Assembly (NCBI GenBank): GCA_002347265.1
Contig: DDYB01000032.1
Location: forward strand, 193,389-257,388
Direction: 5' to 3'
Source: Desulfobacteraceae bacterium UBA2245
GTDB lineage: Bacteria; Desulfobacterota; Desulfobacteria; Desulfobacterales; UBA2245
DNA length: 64,000 nucleotides
This document shows, one piece after another, positions 21,366-30,655 of this stretch. The position numbers were made by a program, and so were the translations under genes. Below the pieces are notes generated by a model. That model made no database searches, was not told where the DNA came from, and worked only from the letters and a program-made list of their open reading frames with translations. The stretch's first letter is position 1. Each line of letters opens with the position of its first letter.

Positions 21366-21880
21366 CACCACCGTTATTTTTTCCTTCGGAATCTGTTTTT
21401 TGAATCCCCTTGCGTACCTGTAGCGGGATGAAGCAGCCCGCCTGAATGCCATTGTTGTACGCATTGGTGGTCACTTTTCCATTCACAGGGTCGAAATATT
21501 TGCCTGCATCTGTCAGTACCGAAGCCTGATGTATGCTTTTCTGTCGGAAAGCATTCCAGACATATGATCCTTTCTTCCAAACGGTTCAGAAAAAATTTCT
21601 GAGTATCCCGACCCTATTGGCCCAACAATTAGCCTGATTTCACCAGAGCGTTCAACAGATGATGATTTTTAGTTATTATTGGTAATTTTGGGTAATTAGT
21701 TAACTTTGCATTGACATGAGCAAACATATAAGTTTAAAAAAACACGAATATCGGCATGTATTGATGGCGTGACCGTTGCTATGGCCTTTCAGCCGGATTG
21801 AAAAAAAGCGGCATGTCATCCGTGAATGGGTTTGAACCCGAGACATCCAAACCGAAGAATTTGGTTTGTGGGAGGGAAAA

Positions 21881-23884
21881 ATGAGATTTGCGTGCAAGAT
21901 AGGGATGACTCTGATTCTCGGATGGTGCCTGGCGTTCCCCGCGCCGGGTTTTTCGAAAACAACGGAGGAACAGACGGAAGCCTACACACTGGGAGAGGTG
22001 GTGGTCACTGGAGAGCGGGAAGGCGTGGAGGCTGTGGGAACGGTCCGCGAAATTACGGCTGCGGATATTCAGCGCAATGGGGCCAGAACGCTGGACGAGG
22101 CTCTTGACCTCCTGCCGGGCATTCAGGTCCGGACGGGCAATGACGGAGTTCCCCGCGTCGATATGAGGGGCTTCCGTTCCAGGCACGTACTCCTGCTGCT
22201 CGACGGCATTCCCTTCAACTCCACCTCCGACGGTCAGTTTGACCCGACGACGATTCCCACGGAAAATATCGCCAGAATCAAAGTCTCTTACGGAAATCAT
22301 TCGGTGCTTTACGGGGAGGGCGGACTCGGCGGAGTCATCAATATCATCACCAAAAAGGGAACTGAAGGTATTCAGGGAAAGGTGTCGGCCGAGGCTTCCG
22401 AACGCAACAAGTGGCTGGGCCGTTTCAACCTTTCCGGGGCAAAAGATTCGGTGGATTTTTTTCTCGGGGGCAGCCTGATGGATTCGGACGGGTACCCTCT
22501 GTCGGATGATTTTGAAGAAACTCCTCACGAGGACGGGGGCCTGAGAGAAAACAGCGACCGGGAATCCGGCAATCTGTTTGCCAATGTCGGTTATAAGGCC
22601 ACCGACAGCCTGTCGCTGGGTCTTGTGTATAATTACCTGAAAGGCGAATACGGCAAGCCGCCGTCGACCATCGACAAGTCTATGGATCCGGATTTTGCCA
22701 AAAATCTCAAGTATGAACGGATGGATGACATCGAAGGAAACAGCGGCCAGGTATCTTTCAACTGGGATAACGGATCGCCTTTGAATCTGAGGGGTTGGGC
22801 ATATGCCAACCAGCAGGACGAGGAAACCAATTGTTACGATGACAACCGGTACAACAGCCAGAAAGCCAAGGGCGCATTTCATGAGGAAGCCAGAACGACC
22901 ATTTCCGGGGCAAACCTTCAGGGCGGTTGGGACATGGGTTCTGCAGGCCAGCTGACGATGGGACTCTCCCTGGCCGGGCAGGAATTTGAATCCTCCGGAT
23001 ATGAAATTCTGGATAAAAAGGGGACCAAAGGGTCTTTGGCGCTGGATAAAGAGCTTGATACGTATTCCGCTGCCCTGGAATACGAGGTCAATCCGCTGGA
23101 TTCACTTGGAATCACAATCGGGTACGGGCATCACTGGCTCGACAAGGAGGAGGGCAGCGACGACGATGACGGATCATTTTTGATCGGTGCCTACTATGAT
23201 CTTTTGCAGGATACAAGGCTTCGGGCATCCGTTGCCAGAAAAATTCGTTTTCCGTCCATCAAACAACTTTACGATGCGCCCAATGGCGGCAACGTAGATC
23301 TGACAACGGAAAGGTCTATGAATTACGAACTGGGCGTCGAGCAGCATCTGCCGATGAACAGCCGGATGACGCTGACCGGATTCTGGATCGATGTGGATGA
23401 TTATATTGAAAAGAATATTTACGCATCAGAAAATTTTGAGAACTATGAAGAATACCGCTTCAAGGGTTTTGAGCTGACAGCGGAAACCCGATTCATCGAG
23501 AACCTCATGCTCAGGGCCGGATATACCTATATGGAGACGGAGGACCGGTCGGCAGGCACGTTGAAAGATGAACTTCAGCACCGCCCGGAGCACAAGATCA
23601 CGCTGGAAGCAGGCTATGATTTCGATTTCGGTCTGTCGGTTTATGCGGCCCTGCTGCATGTGACCGACCAGTATTTTTACTCCGATACACTGACTCCGCC
23701 GGATAACAAAAGAGCGCTTAACGACTATACCGTGGTGAACCTCAGGCTCAGTCAGAAGCTGCCGAGCAGCGGTGTGAGCCTGTACGCTGGCGCGGACAAC
23801 CTGTTTGATGAGGATTACGAGGAAAGCTACGGGTCACCTCGGGAAGGACGGACGATGTATGCCGGAATTGAGTTCGAGTTCTGA
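21881..23884 (+). CDS. TonB-dependent outer-membrane receptor
   Basis: GGGAGGG RBS, signal peptide, TonB-box/plug (TLGEVVVTGERE, IKVSYGNHSVLYG), beta-barrel ending in YAGIEFEF. Confidence 0.88.
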   Translation: MRFACKIGMTLILGWCLAFPAPGFSKTTEEQTEAYTLGEVVVTGEREGVEAVGTVREITAADIQRNGARTLDEALDLLPGIQVRTGNDGVPRVDMRGFRSRHVLLLLDGIPFNSTSDGQFDPTTIPTENIARIKVSYGNHSVLYGEGGLGGVINIITKKGTEGIQGKVSAEASERNKWLGRFNLSGAKDSVDFFLGGSLMDSDGYPLSDDFEETPHEDGGLRENSDRESGNLFANVGYKATDSLSLGLVYNYLKGEYGKPPSTIDKSMDPDFAKNLKYERMDDIEGNSGQVSFNWDNGSPLNLRGWAYANQQDEETNCYDDNRYNSQKAKGAFHEEARTTISGANLQGGWDMGSAGQLTMGLSLAGQEFESSGYEILDKKGTKGSLALDKELDTYSAALEYEVNPLDSLGITIGYGHHWLDKEEGSDDDDGSFLIGAYYDLLQDTRLRASVARKIRFPSIKQLYDAPNGGNVDLTTERSMNYELGVEQHLPMNSRMTLTGFWIDVDDYIEKNIYASENFENYEEYRFKGFELTAETRFIENLMLRAGYTYMETEDRSAGTLKDELQHRPEHKITLEAGYDFDFGLSVYAALLHVTDQYFYSDTLTPPDNKRALNDYTVVNLRLSQKLPSSGVSLYAGADNLFDEDYEESYGSPREGRTMYAGIEFEF

Positions 23885-23911
23885 CGATCAGTTTTCCGGA
23901 GGTTTGTATAC

Positions 23912-25318
23912 GTGAAACCGGTTCTGAATATGGACCGTGTCTCATTCACGTATCCCGGTTCATCCGTTCCCGCCCTCAGCGATCTGTCGTTATCCATGGA
24001 TGCGGGTGAGTGCGTCTGCATCTCGGGGTCTACCGGATGCGGAAAAACCACGTTGCTGATGGCGGTTCAGGGACTGTTGAAAGATGGCGACAGACAGGGT
24101 TCGATTTCCATCCACCCGGTGCTGCCGGGACTGAATTCCGGCATGGTGTTTCAAAATGCGGAAACACAGATCCTGTGCAGCACGGTGGAGGATGAAGCCG
24201 CATTCTGGCCGGAAAATTGCGGAATGTCTGCAGACGACATCCGTTTGGCGGTCGGAGATGCCCTTGATGCGGTGGGGCTGGCGGGACTGCGGAATCGAAA
24301 TGTTGAAGCGCTTTCCGCCGGGCAGAAACATCGTCTGACGATTGCCTCCGTCCTGTCGATGAAGCCGGGTTTGATTCTCATGGATGAACCCTGCGGACAA
24401 CTTGACGCTCCCGGAAAGCGGCAGCTCATCGAGATACTGAACTATCTCAAACAAAGGGGTCATTCCCTGCTGATCGCAGATCATGAACTGGAGCCCTATC
24501 GATCGATTGCCGATCGATTCGTGCTGATGGAAAAAGGGCGCATTCAAAGGATTTCAGGGAAATTTCCTTCAGAGTACGAAATGTCGCGGGTTTTCGAAGG
24601 AATCAGCTCGGATCCGAGCTCCCGGTCATTCGGGCCGCCGGCTGTGGAGATCAGGAATCTTCAGGTAGCCGGGCCGGAAGGGGATCTACTGATTGATCAG
24701 CTGGATCTCACCGTCAGGCGTGGAGAGTTTGTTCATATCTACGGGATAAACGGATCCGGAAAGTCCACCTTTCTCAAGTGCGTCTGCGGATTTGTCCCTC
24801 CTGAATCCGGAATGATCCGGATTGCCGGAATCAATCGCCCCAGGCCCTGGCAGCTTGCGGGCAAGGCGGCCTTGTTGATGCAGAATCCGCAGCGCCAGCT
24901 GTTTGAAGACACTGTGTTTGACGAGGTCGCTTTTGTTTTGAAAATATCGGGGATGAAGGCGGATCAGGTTCGAGAGCGGGTCATGGAGACCCTGGAGGGC
25001 TGCGCCTTGAGCCACCTTGCCGATCGTTCTCCCCTGACCCTGAGCTTCGGCGAACAGCATCGGGTGGCGCTGGCATCCGTGATTGTTTCCGAACCGGAGG
25101 TGCTGCTGCTGGACGAGCCTTTTGCCGGTCTGGACGTTAACCGGCGACGCCAGACCATCCGGCAGATTGAAACGATTTGCCGGGACCGGAAAACGGCCGT
25201 GATAATGGCATCTCACAATCCCTTATACGCCGGGCATGGCGCGGATCAATCTCTGGCTCTGGAACACGGCCGTTTCAGTCCGGCGATTTTCAATAATCAG
25301 GATATGTCTCTTTCATGA
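23912..25318 (+). CDS. ECF-type ABC transporter, fused duplicated ATPase (EcfA-EcfA', CbiO-like)
   Basis: Two full ABC cassettes: GSTGCGKTT/LSAGQKHR/LILMDEP and GINGSGKST/LSFGEQHR/LLLDEP. Confidence 0.88.
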   Translation: MKPVLNMDRVSFTYPGSSVPALSDLSLSMDAGECVCISGSTGCGKTTLLMAVQGLLKDGDRQGSISIHPVLPGLNSGMVFQNAETQILCSTVEDEAAFWPENCGMSADDIRLAVGDALDAVGLAGLRNRNVEALSAGQKHRLTIASVLSMKPGLILMDEPCGQLDAPGKRQLIEILNYLKQRGHSLLIADHELEPYRSIADRFVLMEKGRIQRISGKFPSEYEMSRVFEGISSDPSSRSFGPPAVEIRNLQVAGPEGDLLIDQLDLTVRRGEFVHIYGINGSGKSTFLKCVCGFVPPESGMIRIAGINRPRPWQLAGKAALLMQNPQRQLFEDTVFDEVAFVLKISGMKADQVRERVMETLEGCALSHLADRSPLTLSFGEQHRVALASVIVSEPEVLLLDEPFAGLDVNRRRQTIRQIETICRDRKTAVIMASHNPLYAGHGADQSLALEHGRFSPAIFNNQDMSLS

Positions 25319-26004
25319 GTCTGAGTGCGTTTCAAAGAATCGGCTGGCAGTTCAGCGCTGTTGATTCCAGGCTTCACCGAATCAGCGCGGGCTGGAAAAT
25401 GGCGGGCATGCTCGCGATGTGTTCGGCGGCTTTTGTCGGGAAAAGCTTTCCAGCCCTGCTGGCACTGCTGGTCCTCAATGTCATCGGTTACCGTCTGGGG
25501 CGCGTGAAAGCCGTTGAAATGTGGAGAGACATGCGGTTTTTCATGATCCAGACAATGATCGTGGTAGCGCTGTATGTTCTGCGGGACGGAATTTATGATG
25601 GGGTGCTGCCCGGCCTGCGAACATCTCTTCAGATCCTGCTGTTTTTCATGCCGGGCGCTCTTTTTCTTCGCGTGACCCCGTCTTCCCAGCTGATGAGAAG
25701 TCTGCGCCGCTGGCTGCCGGAGCGGGTCGCATTTTTCGTGTTCATCAGTTTTCGTTTCATTCCGTATTTTGCAAGGGAGATATCCGACATATCCATGGCA
25801 CAGCAGCTTCGGGGCGCTCGAATCGACAAGCATTCCCTGGCCAATCCCCGAAACTGGCCGGGGCTGTTTCACTGCCTGATGGTTCCCCTCATGATACGGG
25901 TCATGAAAACCGCCGAGGATGCGGCGTTGTCGGCAGAGGCCAGAGGCTTTGGAAAAACCGGCCGTTCGCATTCCAGTTTTACAGTTGCGAAGGAGTGTGA
26001 ATGA
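25315..26004 (+). CDS. ECF transporter transmembrane T component (CbiQ/EcfT family)
   Basis: Polytopic protein with the C-terminal coupling motif region ...AQQLRGAR...ALSAEARGFG. It overlaps the ATPase gene by 4 nt. Confidence 0.8.
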   Translation: MSLSAFQRIGWQFSAVDSRLHRISAGWKMAGMLAMCSAAFVGKSFPALLALLVLNVIGYRLGRVKAVEMWRDMRFFMIQTMIVVALYVLRDGIYDGVLPGLRTSLQILLFFMPGALFLRVTPSSQLMRSLRRWLPERVAFFVFISFRFIPYFAREISDISMAQQLRGARIDKHSLANPRNWPGLFHCLMVPLMIRVMKTAEDAALSAEARGFGKTGRSHSSFTVAKECE

Positions 26005-26570
26005 AATCATCCGATGATCATCTGCTGTGGGGAATGTTCAGCCTGCGGGAGGCCCTGTACCTGTCCTTCTGCGCGATTTTTATCGTGATCGCCAAGGCGG
26101 TACTGCGGCTTCACCTGCATGTGACGGGCCACAGCATGGTGTTTACCATGTTTTTTATGATTCTTGCGCGGGGTTGCGTACAGCGCAAAGGCGCAGCAAC
26201 ATTTGTCGGGTTGATCGCCGGCGTCATGTGTCTTGTGTTCGGCATGGGCGCAAAGTCCGGCCCGCTGGTGATTCTCAAGTTTCTTCTGCCGGGAATTGTG
26301 ATCGATGTCGCTGCAATCCTGTACCCTCTGCTTGCCCAGCGCTATGTTGCCTGCATTATCGTCGGGGCGGTCGCTGCGGGCAGCCGGGTGATCATACTCG
26401 GCCTGGTTGATTGGCTTGTCGGCATAGACCGGGAACTGATTTTGCAGCATATGGTTCTTTTGTCCTTTATGAATATGGGGTTCGGTGTGATCGGAGGCGC
26501 CATGGTTCCGCCGGTGGCAAGACGTCTGGCCGCCCACGGCCTGATTCCATCCGCCGGACCGAATCCATGA
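26001..26570 (+). CDS. small polytopic membrane protein, putative ECF substrate-capture (S) component
   Basis: 189 aa with about 5-6 hydrophobic helices, translationally coupled (ATGA overlap) to the T component. No family was recognised. Confidence 0.55.
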   Translation: MKSSDDHLLWGMFSLREALYLSFCAIFIVIAKAVLRLHLHVTGHSMVFTMFFMILARGCVQRKGAATFVGLIAGVMCLVFGMGAKSGPLVILKFLLPGIVIDVAAILYPLLAQRYVACIIVGAVAAGSRVIILGLVDWLVGIDRELILQHMVLLSFMNMGFGVIGGAMVPPVARRLAAHGLIPSAGPNP

Positions 26571-26659
26571 TTGAGAGTATAGAATATGAAAAGCGTATTT
26601 ATGATTGATCTGATGCCGCCGTCCGGCAATGTCGGAACGACTGATAAGGAGACAGTGGT

Positions 26660-27397
26660 ATGAGAGTATTTCTGGGTTTTGACGACACCGACACGATCGA
26701 TGCGGACCGGGGAACCGGCAAGCTGTCCAGGTGGTTCGGGTATGAACTGCCCGAAGAGGTCCGCCTGTGGGCCGTGGTGCGCCAGCAGCTTCTGGTTCAT
26801 GAGGATATACCCTACACCTCCCACAACAGTTCGGCCTGCGTGGTCATGGATGCTCCCGATGGCTATCCTTCGGACCGCATCATCGACCGGGCGGTCCGTC
26901 ATCTCCAAGCTCATTATCTGGAAGGAAGCGATCCGGGAATCTGCATGGCATGCGAGGGTGATCCGGGGCTATCGGAGCTGATGAATTTTGGAATTTCATG
27001 CACCCGGCGCGTGGTCTCTCAAAAAGATGCCCTTCAGGCGACTTCGTGCGGCCATATTCACCTGTCCGGACATGGCGGCACCAATGACGGGATTATTGGG
27101 GCTGCCGCCGCTGTGGGTTTGACGGCATCCGGCTGGGCAGGGCGCTTTATAGAGTTCGGCAGGCTCCGTGAATTTCCGGATCCGGTGACCGTATCGGAAC
27201 TGGAGCAAAAACAAATCCGGGTCATGTCTCTTGAAAAAAATGCAAACCAGCCGTCTCCCGAAGACCGGGTGATGACCCATGGCTGGCTTCGTCCCCGTCT
27301 GATCGGCGGATATCCGGTCGTGATGGTCAAACACATTCAAGAAGGCGTATGGGAAATCGTCAGCGGCAGATCGCACAAAAAGAAATCGGAGGAATGA
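26660..27397 (+). CDS. stand-alone protein resembling the N-terminal kinase (TCKD) domain of archaeal TiaS
   Basis: MRVFLGFDDTDT start, DIPYTSHNSSA and GIIGAAAAVG segments parallel the TiaS motifs recalled from memory (GIDDTDS, NPxIPYKTRGNGA, GLIGALAAVG). Confidence 0.55.
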   Translation: MRVFLGFDDTDTIDADRGTGKLSRWFGYELPEEVRLWAVVRQQLLVHEDIPYTSHNSSACVVMDAPDGYPSDRIIDRAVRHLQAHYLEGSDPGICMACEGDPGLSELMNFGISCTRRVVSQKDALQATSCGHIHLSGHGGTNDGIIGAAAAVGLTASGWAGRFIEFGRLREFPDPVTVSELEQKQIRVMSLEKNANQPSPEDRVMTHGWLRPRLIGGYPVVMVKHIQEGVWEIVSGRSHKKKSEE

Positions 27398-27592
27398 GAA
27401 AATAAAGGTTAATCGCTTCACGATGTCCATTGAACCGGCGGAGAGCCGCTCCTGGTTCTCCCCTGCTGCTATGTCTGTCATGACATGGCTGTCTGTATGT
27501 CTGACATCCGGAAAAGCAGGACCAATCGATCCTTCATACTCTTGTTATAAATTATCGTTATTTGTCATTATAAGCTATAATTAACAACTTTC

Positions 27593-27620
27593 TTGCAAAT
27601 TTTGAATGCCTGAGTATAAA
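27593..27620 (+). promoter_or_regulatory. sigma70-like promoter upstream of the HTH / tupA cluster
   Basis: TTGCAA (27593..27598), 16-nt spacer, TATAAA (27615..27620), in an AT-rich intergenic region. Confidence 0.4.
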
Positions 27621-27661
27621 ATGCTTTAACAATGCCCGAAAATAACAGGTGGCAGTGGATC

Positions 27662-28000
27662 ATGTCAAAAACACGGATGAATACGCGGGAAGTCGCGGAA
27701 TATTCGATGTCGCCGATAAACAAGGTCTATGCCATAGTCAAATCCAGGCTGTTTCCGGCCACGCGGATAACCGGAAAGCGGCTTTTCCCCAGAAATCTAA
27801 TTGACGAATATGCCCGGTCCGTTTTTTCGGAGTCGAGGCAGAGAAACCGGAATACGGTGCTGGGTCAGAACGCTTTTTTTGAAAAGTCGGTGCAGATTTT
27901 GATGGCGGTTTTCCATGACCCGGCTTTCCGTCCGCGGGTCGTGGGAATGAGCGGCTATGACTTTTCCGATTCCGGACAGATTATTGGTTCTTCCACCTGA
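27662..28000 (+). CDS. excisionase/MerR-like HTH_17 DNA-binding protein
   Basis: MNTREVAEYSMSPINKVYAIVKSRLFPATRITGKRLFPRNLIDEY fits the HTH_17 pattern. The start is ambiguous (27632 or 27662). Confidence 0.55.
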   Translation: MSKTRMNTREVAEYSMSPINKVYAIVKSRLFPATRITGKRLFPRNLIDEYARSVFSESRQRNRNTVLGQNAFFEKSVQILMAVFHDPAFRPRVVGMSGYDFSDSGQIIGSST

Positions 28001-28092
28001 AATCCTCGCTGAAACCAGCGCGTGCCGTTAGCAAAAAGATAACAGGGGACGCATCCAGTTAAAAATTAAACGGAAGAAAGGAGATGTATTCC

Positions 28093-28947
28093 ATGAAAAG
28101 GCTGTTTATTTATCTTTTTATGTTTCTCTGGATAGGGTTTCCAGGAGCGGCAAACGCCCTTGACGGCAGTCAGTTTATTCTTCTGTCCTCAACCATCGGC
28201 CCGATCGATTCCGGCATTGTCGATGTTCTGGAAAACCAGTTTGAAAACGAAACCGGCATCCGGGTGCGCCATGTCGGCGCCGGGACAGGGGCGGCGTTGA
28301 ATATTGCCCGCAAAGGCAGCATCGACCTCGTGATGGTCCATGCCAAATCCCTGGAGGAAAAGTTCATTCAGGAAGGTTTTGGGACCCGGCGAATTCCTCT
28401 GATGTATAACGATTTCGTTCTGGTCGGCCCTGCCTCGGATCCTGCCGGCATACGGGGAATGAAAACAGCCGCGGAAGCGCTTCGCCGGATTTCGGAGAAA
28501 GGCGTCTCCTTTATCAGCCGGGGGGACAAGTCGGGAACGAACGTGGCCGAGATGGAACTCTGGGAAAAGGCGGGGCTCAAGCCCTCCGCGCCCTGGTACG
28601 CCATTTATGAAAAGGGGTCCGAAGGCAATTCCGCCACATTGAAGTATACCAACCAGCAGGAGGGTTATACGGTTATTGACAGGGCCACTTATCTCGCCCT
28701 GAAGGATCAGATTCAACTGGTTATCCTCGTCGAAGGCGACGAAGCCATGCTGAACTACATCAGCCTTATCCCCGTGGATCAGAAAAAATTCAAAACGGTC
28801 AACGCGACCGACACGATGCGTTTTGTGAACTGGCTGACCGACCCGGAAAAGGGACAGGCCGTCATCAAGGGCTTCGGAAAAGATAAATACGGCGCCCCCC
28901 TGTTCTTTCCCAATTCGGAAGACTGGCAAAAAACTAAAGGAAAATAG
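28093..28947 (+). CDS. TupA-family periplasmic oxyanion-binding protein, divergent paralog
   Basis: Signal peptide and SRGDKSGTN and NDFVLVGP motifs shared with TupA, but SSTIGPIDSG replaces the TTTSTQDSG anion-binding loop. Confidence 0.8.
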   Translation: MKRLFIYLFMFLWIGFPGAANALDGSQFILLSSTIGPIDSGIVDVLENQFENETGIRVRHVGAGTGAALNIARKGSIDLVMVHAKSLEEKFIQEGFGTRRIPLMYNDFVLVGPASDPAGIRGMKTAAEALRRISEKGVSFISRGDKSGTNVAEMELWEKAGLKPSAPWYAIYEKGSEGNSATLKYTNQQEGYTVIDRATYLALKDQIQLVILVEGDEAMLNYISLIPVDQKKFKTVNATDTMRFVNWLTDPEKGQAVIKGFGKDKYGAPLFFPNSEDWQKTKGK

Positions 28948-29068
28948 CATATTGTCAATCTGTCATGCTCAATTCGACGCCAAAAAGGTGCGAACACTCT
29001 GCCCTTTAGAGGTATTTTTTGACCAATTTATTTGAATGGATCACAAAAATTTATTAAGGAGAATGAAA

Positions 29069-29956
29069 ATGAAGCTCAAAAAGTTAGCAACCTGTTTCCG
29101 CTGTCTGGGATTTTTTGCACTCCTTTGCCTGATCACCGGTCTGGCAACCGCGCCGGCTGCTTTTGCGGCTGAACCGGCGCAGAAAAACATTATTCTGGCC
29201 ACTACGACCAGCACTCAGGATTCCGGCCTTCTGGACGCCCTGATTCCGATTTTCGAAAAGGAAACCGGTTATTTTGTCAAAACGATCGCCGTCGGTTCCG
29301 GTCAGGCCATGGCCATGGGAGAGAAGGGCGAAGCAGATGTCCTGCTGGTCCACTCCCCTGCCGCGGAAAAAAAATTTATGGAAGCGCAAAACGGGATCAA
29401 CCGCCGCCTGGTCATGCACAATGACTTCGTGATCGTCGGTCCTCCCGCCGATCCTGCCGGCATCAAGGGCTCCAAGACTTCTCCGGAAGCTTTTATGAAG
29501 ATTGCCAATACCGGCAACCTGTTTCTTTCACGGGGCGACAACTCAGGAACGCATTCCAAGGAAAAGGGAATCTGGAAAGCCGCCGGGCTTAACCCGGAAG
29601 AGCAGCCTTCGAAGTGGTATCAGCAGACCGGACAGGGCATGGGCCAGACCCTCAATGTCGCGGCCGAGAAACTGGGCTATACCCTCACCGACAGGGGAAC
29701 CTGGCTTGCCCTGCAGAAAAACCTCGGGCTTCCCATTCTCATGGAGGGCGATCCGCTCCTGCTGAACATCTATCACGTGATCGATGTCAATCCGGCCAAG
29801 TGGCCGAAAGTCAATGCACCCGGCGCCCGTGCTTTTTCCGACTTCATGGTTTCGCCCGCGACCCAGAGCATCATCAAAACCTTTGGCGTGGACAAGTACG
29901 GTTCTCCTCTGTTTTTCCCGGATGCGGACAAGAAAGTGGAGGACCTTGGAAAATAA
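29069..29956 (+). CDS. tupA: tungstate ABC transporter substrate-binding protein
   Basis: Signal peptide, canonical ATTTSTQDSG, SRGDNSGTH, HNDFVIVGP. AAGGAG RBS 7 nt upstream. Confidence 0.88.
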   Translation: MKLKKLATCFRCLGFFALLCLITGLATAPAAFAAEPAQKNIILATTTSTQDSGLLDALIPIFEKETGYFVKTIAVGSGQAMAMGEKGEADVLLVHSPAAEKKFMEAQNGINRRLVMHNDFVIVGPPADPAGIKGSKTSPEAFMKIANTGNLFLSRGDNSGTHSKEKGIWKAAGLNPEEQPSKWYQQTGQGMGQTLNVAAEKLGYTLTDRGTWLALQKNLGLPILMEGDPLLLNIYHVIDVNPAKWPKVNAPGARAFSDFMVSPATQSIIKTFGVDKYGSPLFFPDADKKVEDLGK

Positions 29957-30655
29957 ATGGAACTGATTCTTGAAGGCATCCTGAAGGCCATAGCGCTGCT
30001 TGTTTCCCTGGATCCGGAAGTCCTGGGAATCACTGCGCTCTCCCTGAAAATTTCAGGAACAGCCACCCTGATCAGTCTTTTTCTCGGCGTTTCAACGGGA
30101 ACCGTGGTGGCCCTCACCCGGTTCCCGGGCCGGAAACTAGTGGTCAGCCTGATCAATACCGGCATGGGGCTGCCGCCGGTGGTGGTGGGTCTCTTTGTCA
30201 CGATCTTCCTGTGGCGAAACGGGCCGTTGGGCTTTCTGCAAATCCTCTACACGCCCACGGCGATTATTCTTGCCCAGGCGATCATTGCCACCCCCATCAT
30301 CAGCGGAATCAGCCTGGCCGCAATGCAGAACCTTCCCGCCAACCTGCGTCTTCAGATCCTGGCACTCGGGGCTACCCGAATTCAGATGTTCTGGCTTCTC
30401 ATTCGGGAAGCCCGTCTGCCCCTGCTGGCCGCCGTCATGGCCGGATTCGGCGGGATCATTTCCGAGGTGGGGGCCTCCATCATGGTGGGCGGCAATATCA
30501 AGGGCTATTCACGGGTTCTCACCACAGCCACGGTCATGGAAACGGGACGGGGAAACTTTGACGTGGCCATTGCGCTGAGCGCCATTCTCTTGCTGCTGGC
30601 CTTTCTGATCAACTTTCTGCTGACACGGATCCAGCAGCGGGAGCGTCCCCGATGA
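29957..30655 (+). CDS. tupB: tungstate ABC transporter permease
   Basis: Binding-protein-dependent permease fold, immediately after tupA. Confidence 0.88.
   Translation: MELILEGILKAIALLVSLDPEVLGITALSLKISGTATLISLFLGVSTGTVVALTRFPGRKLVVSLINTGMGLPPVVVGLFVTIFLWRNGPLGFLQILYTPTAIILAQAIIATPIISGISLAAMQNLPANLRLQILALGATRIQMFWLLIREARLPLLAAVMAGFGGIISEVGASIMVGGNIKGYSRVLTTATVMETGRGNFDVAIALSAILLLLAFLINFLLTRIQQRERPR

Noticed and set aside
21366-21880. Possible cobalamin or Moco riboswitch in the 515-nt region upstream of the TonB-dependent receptor.
   Set aside because: I could not find the conserved cores I know (for example the B12 box GCCACTG). The region is mostly AT-rich promoter-like sequence. It needs cmsearch before any claim.
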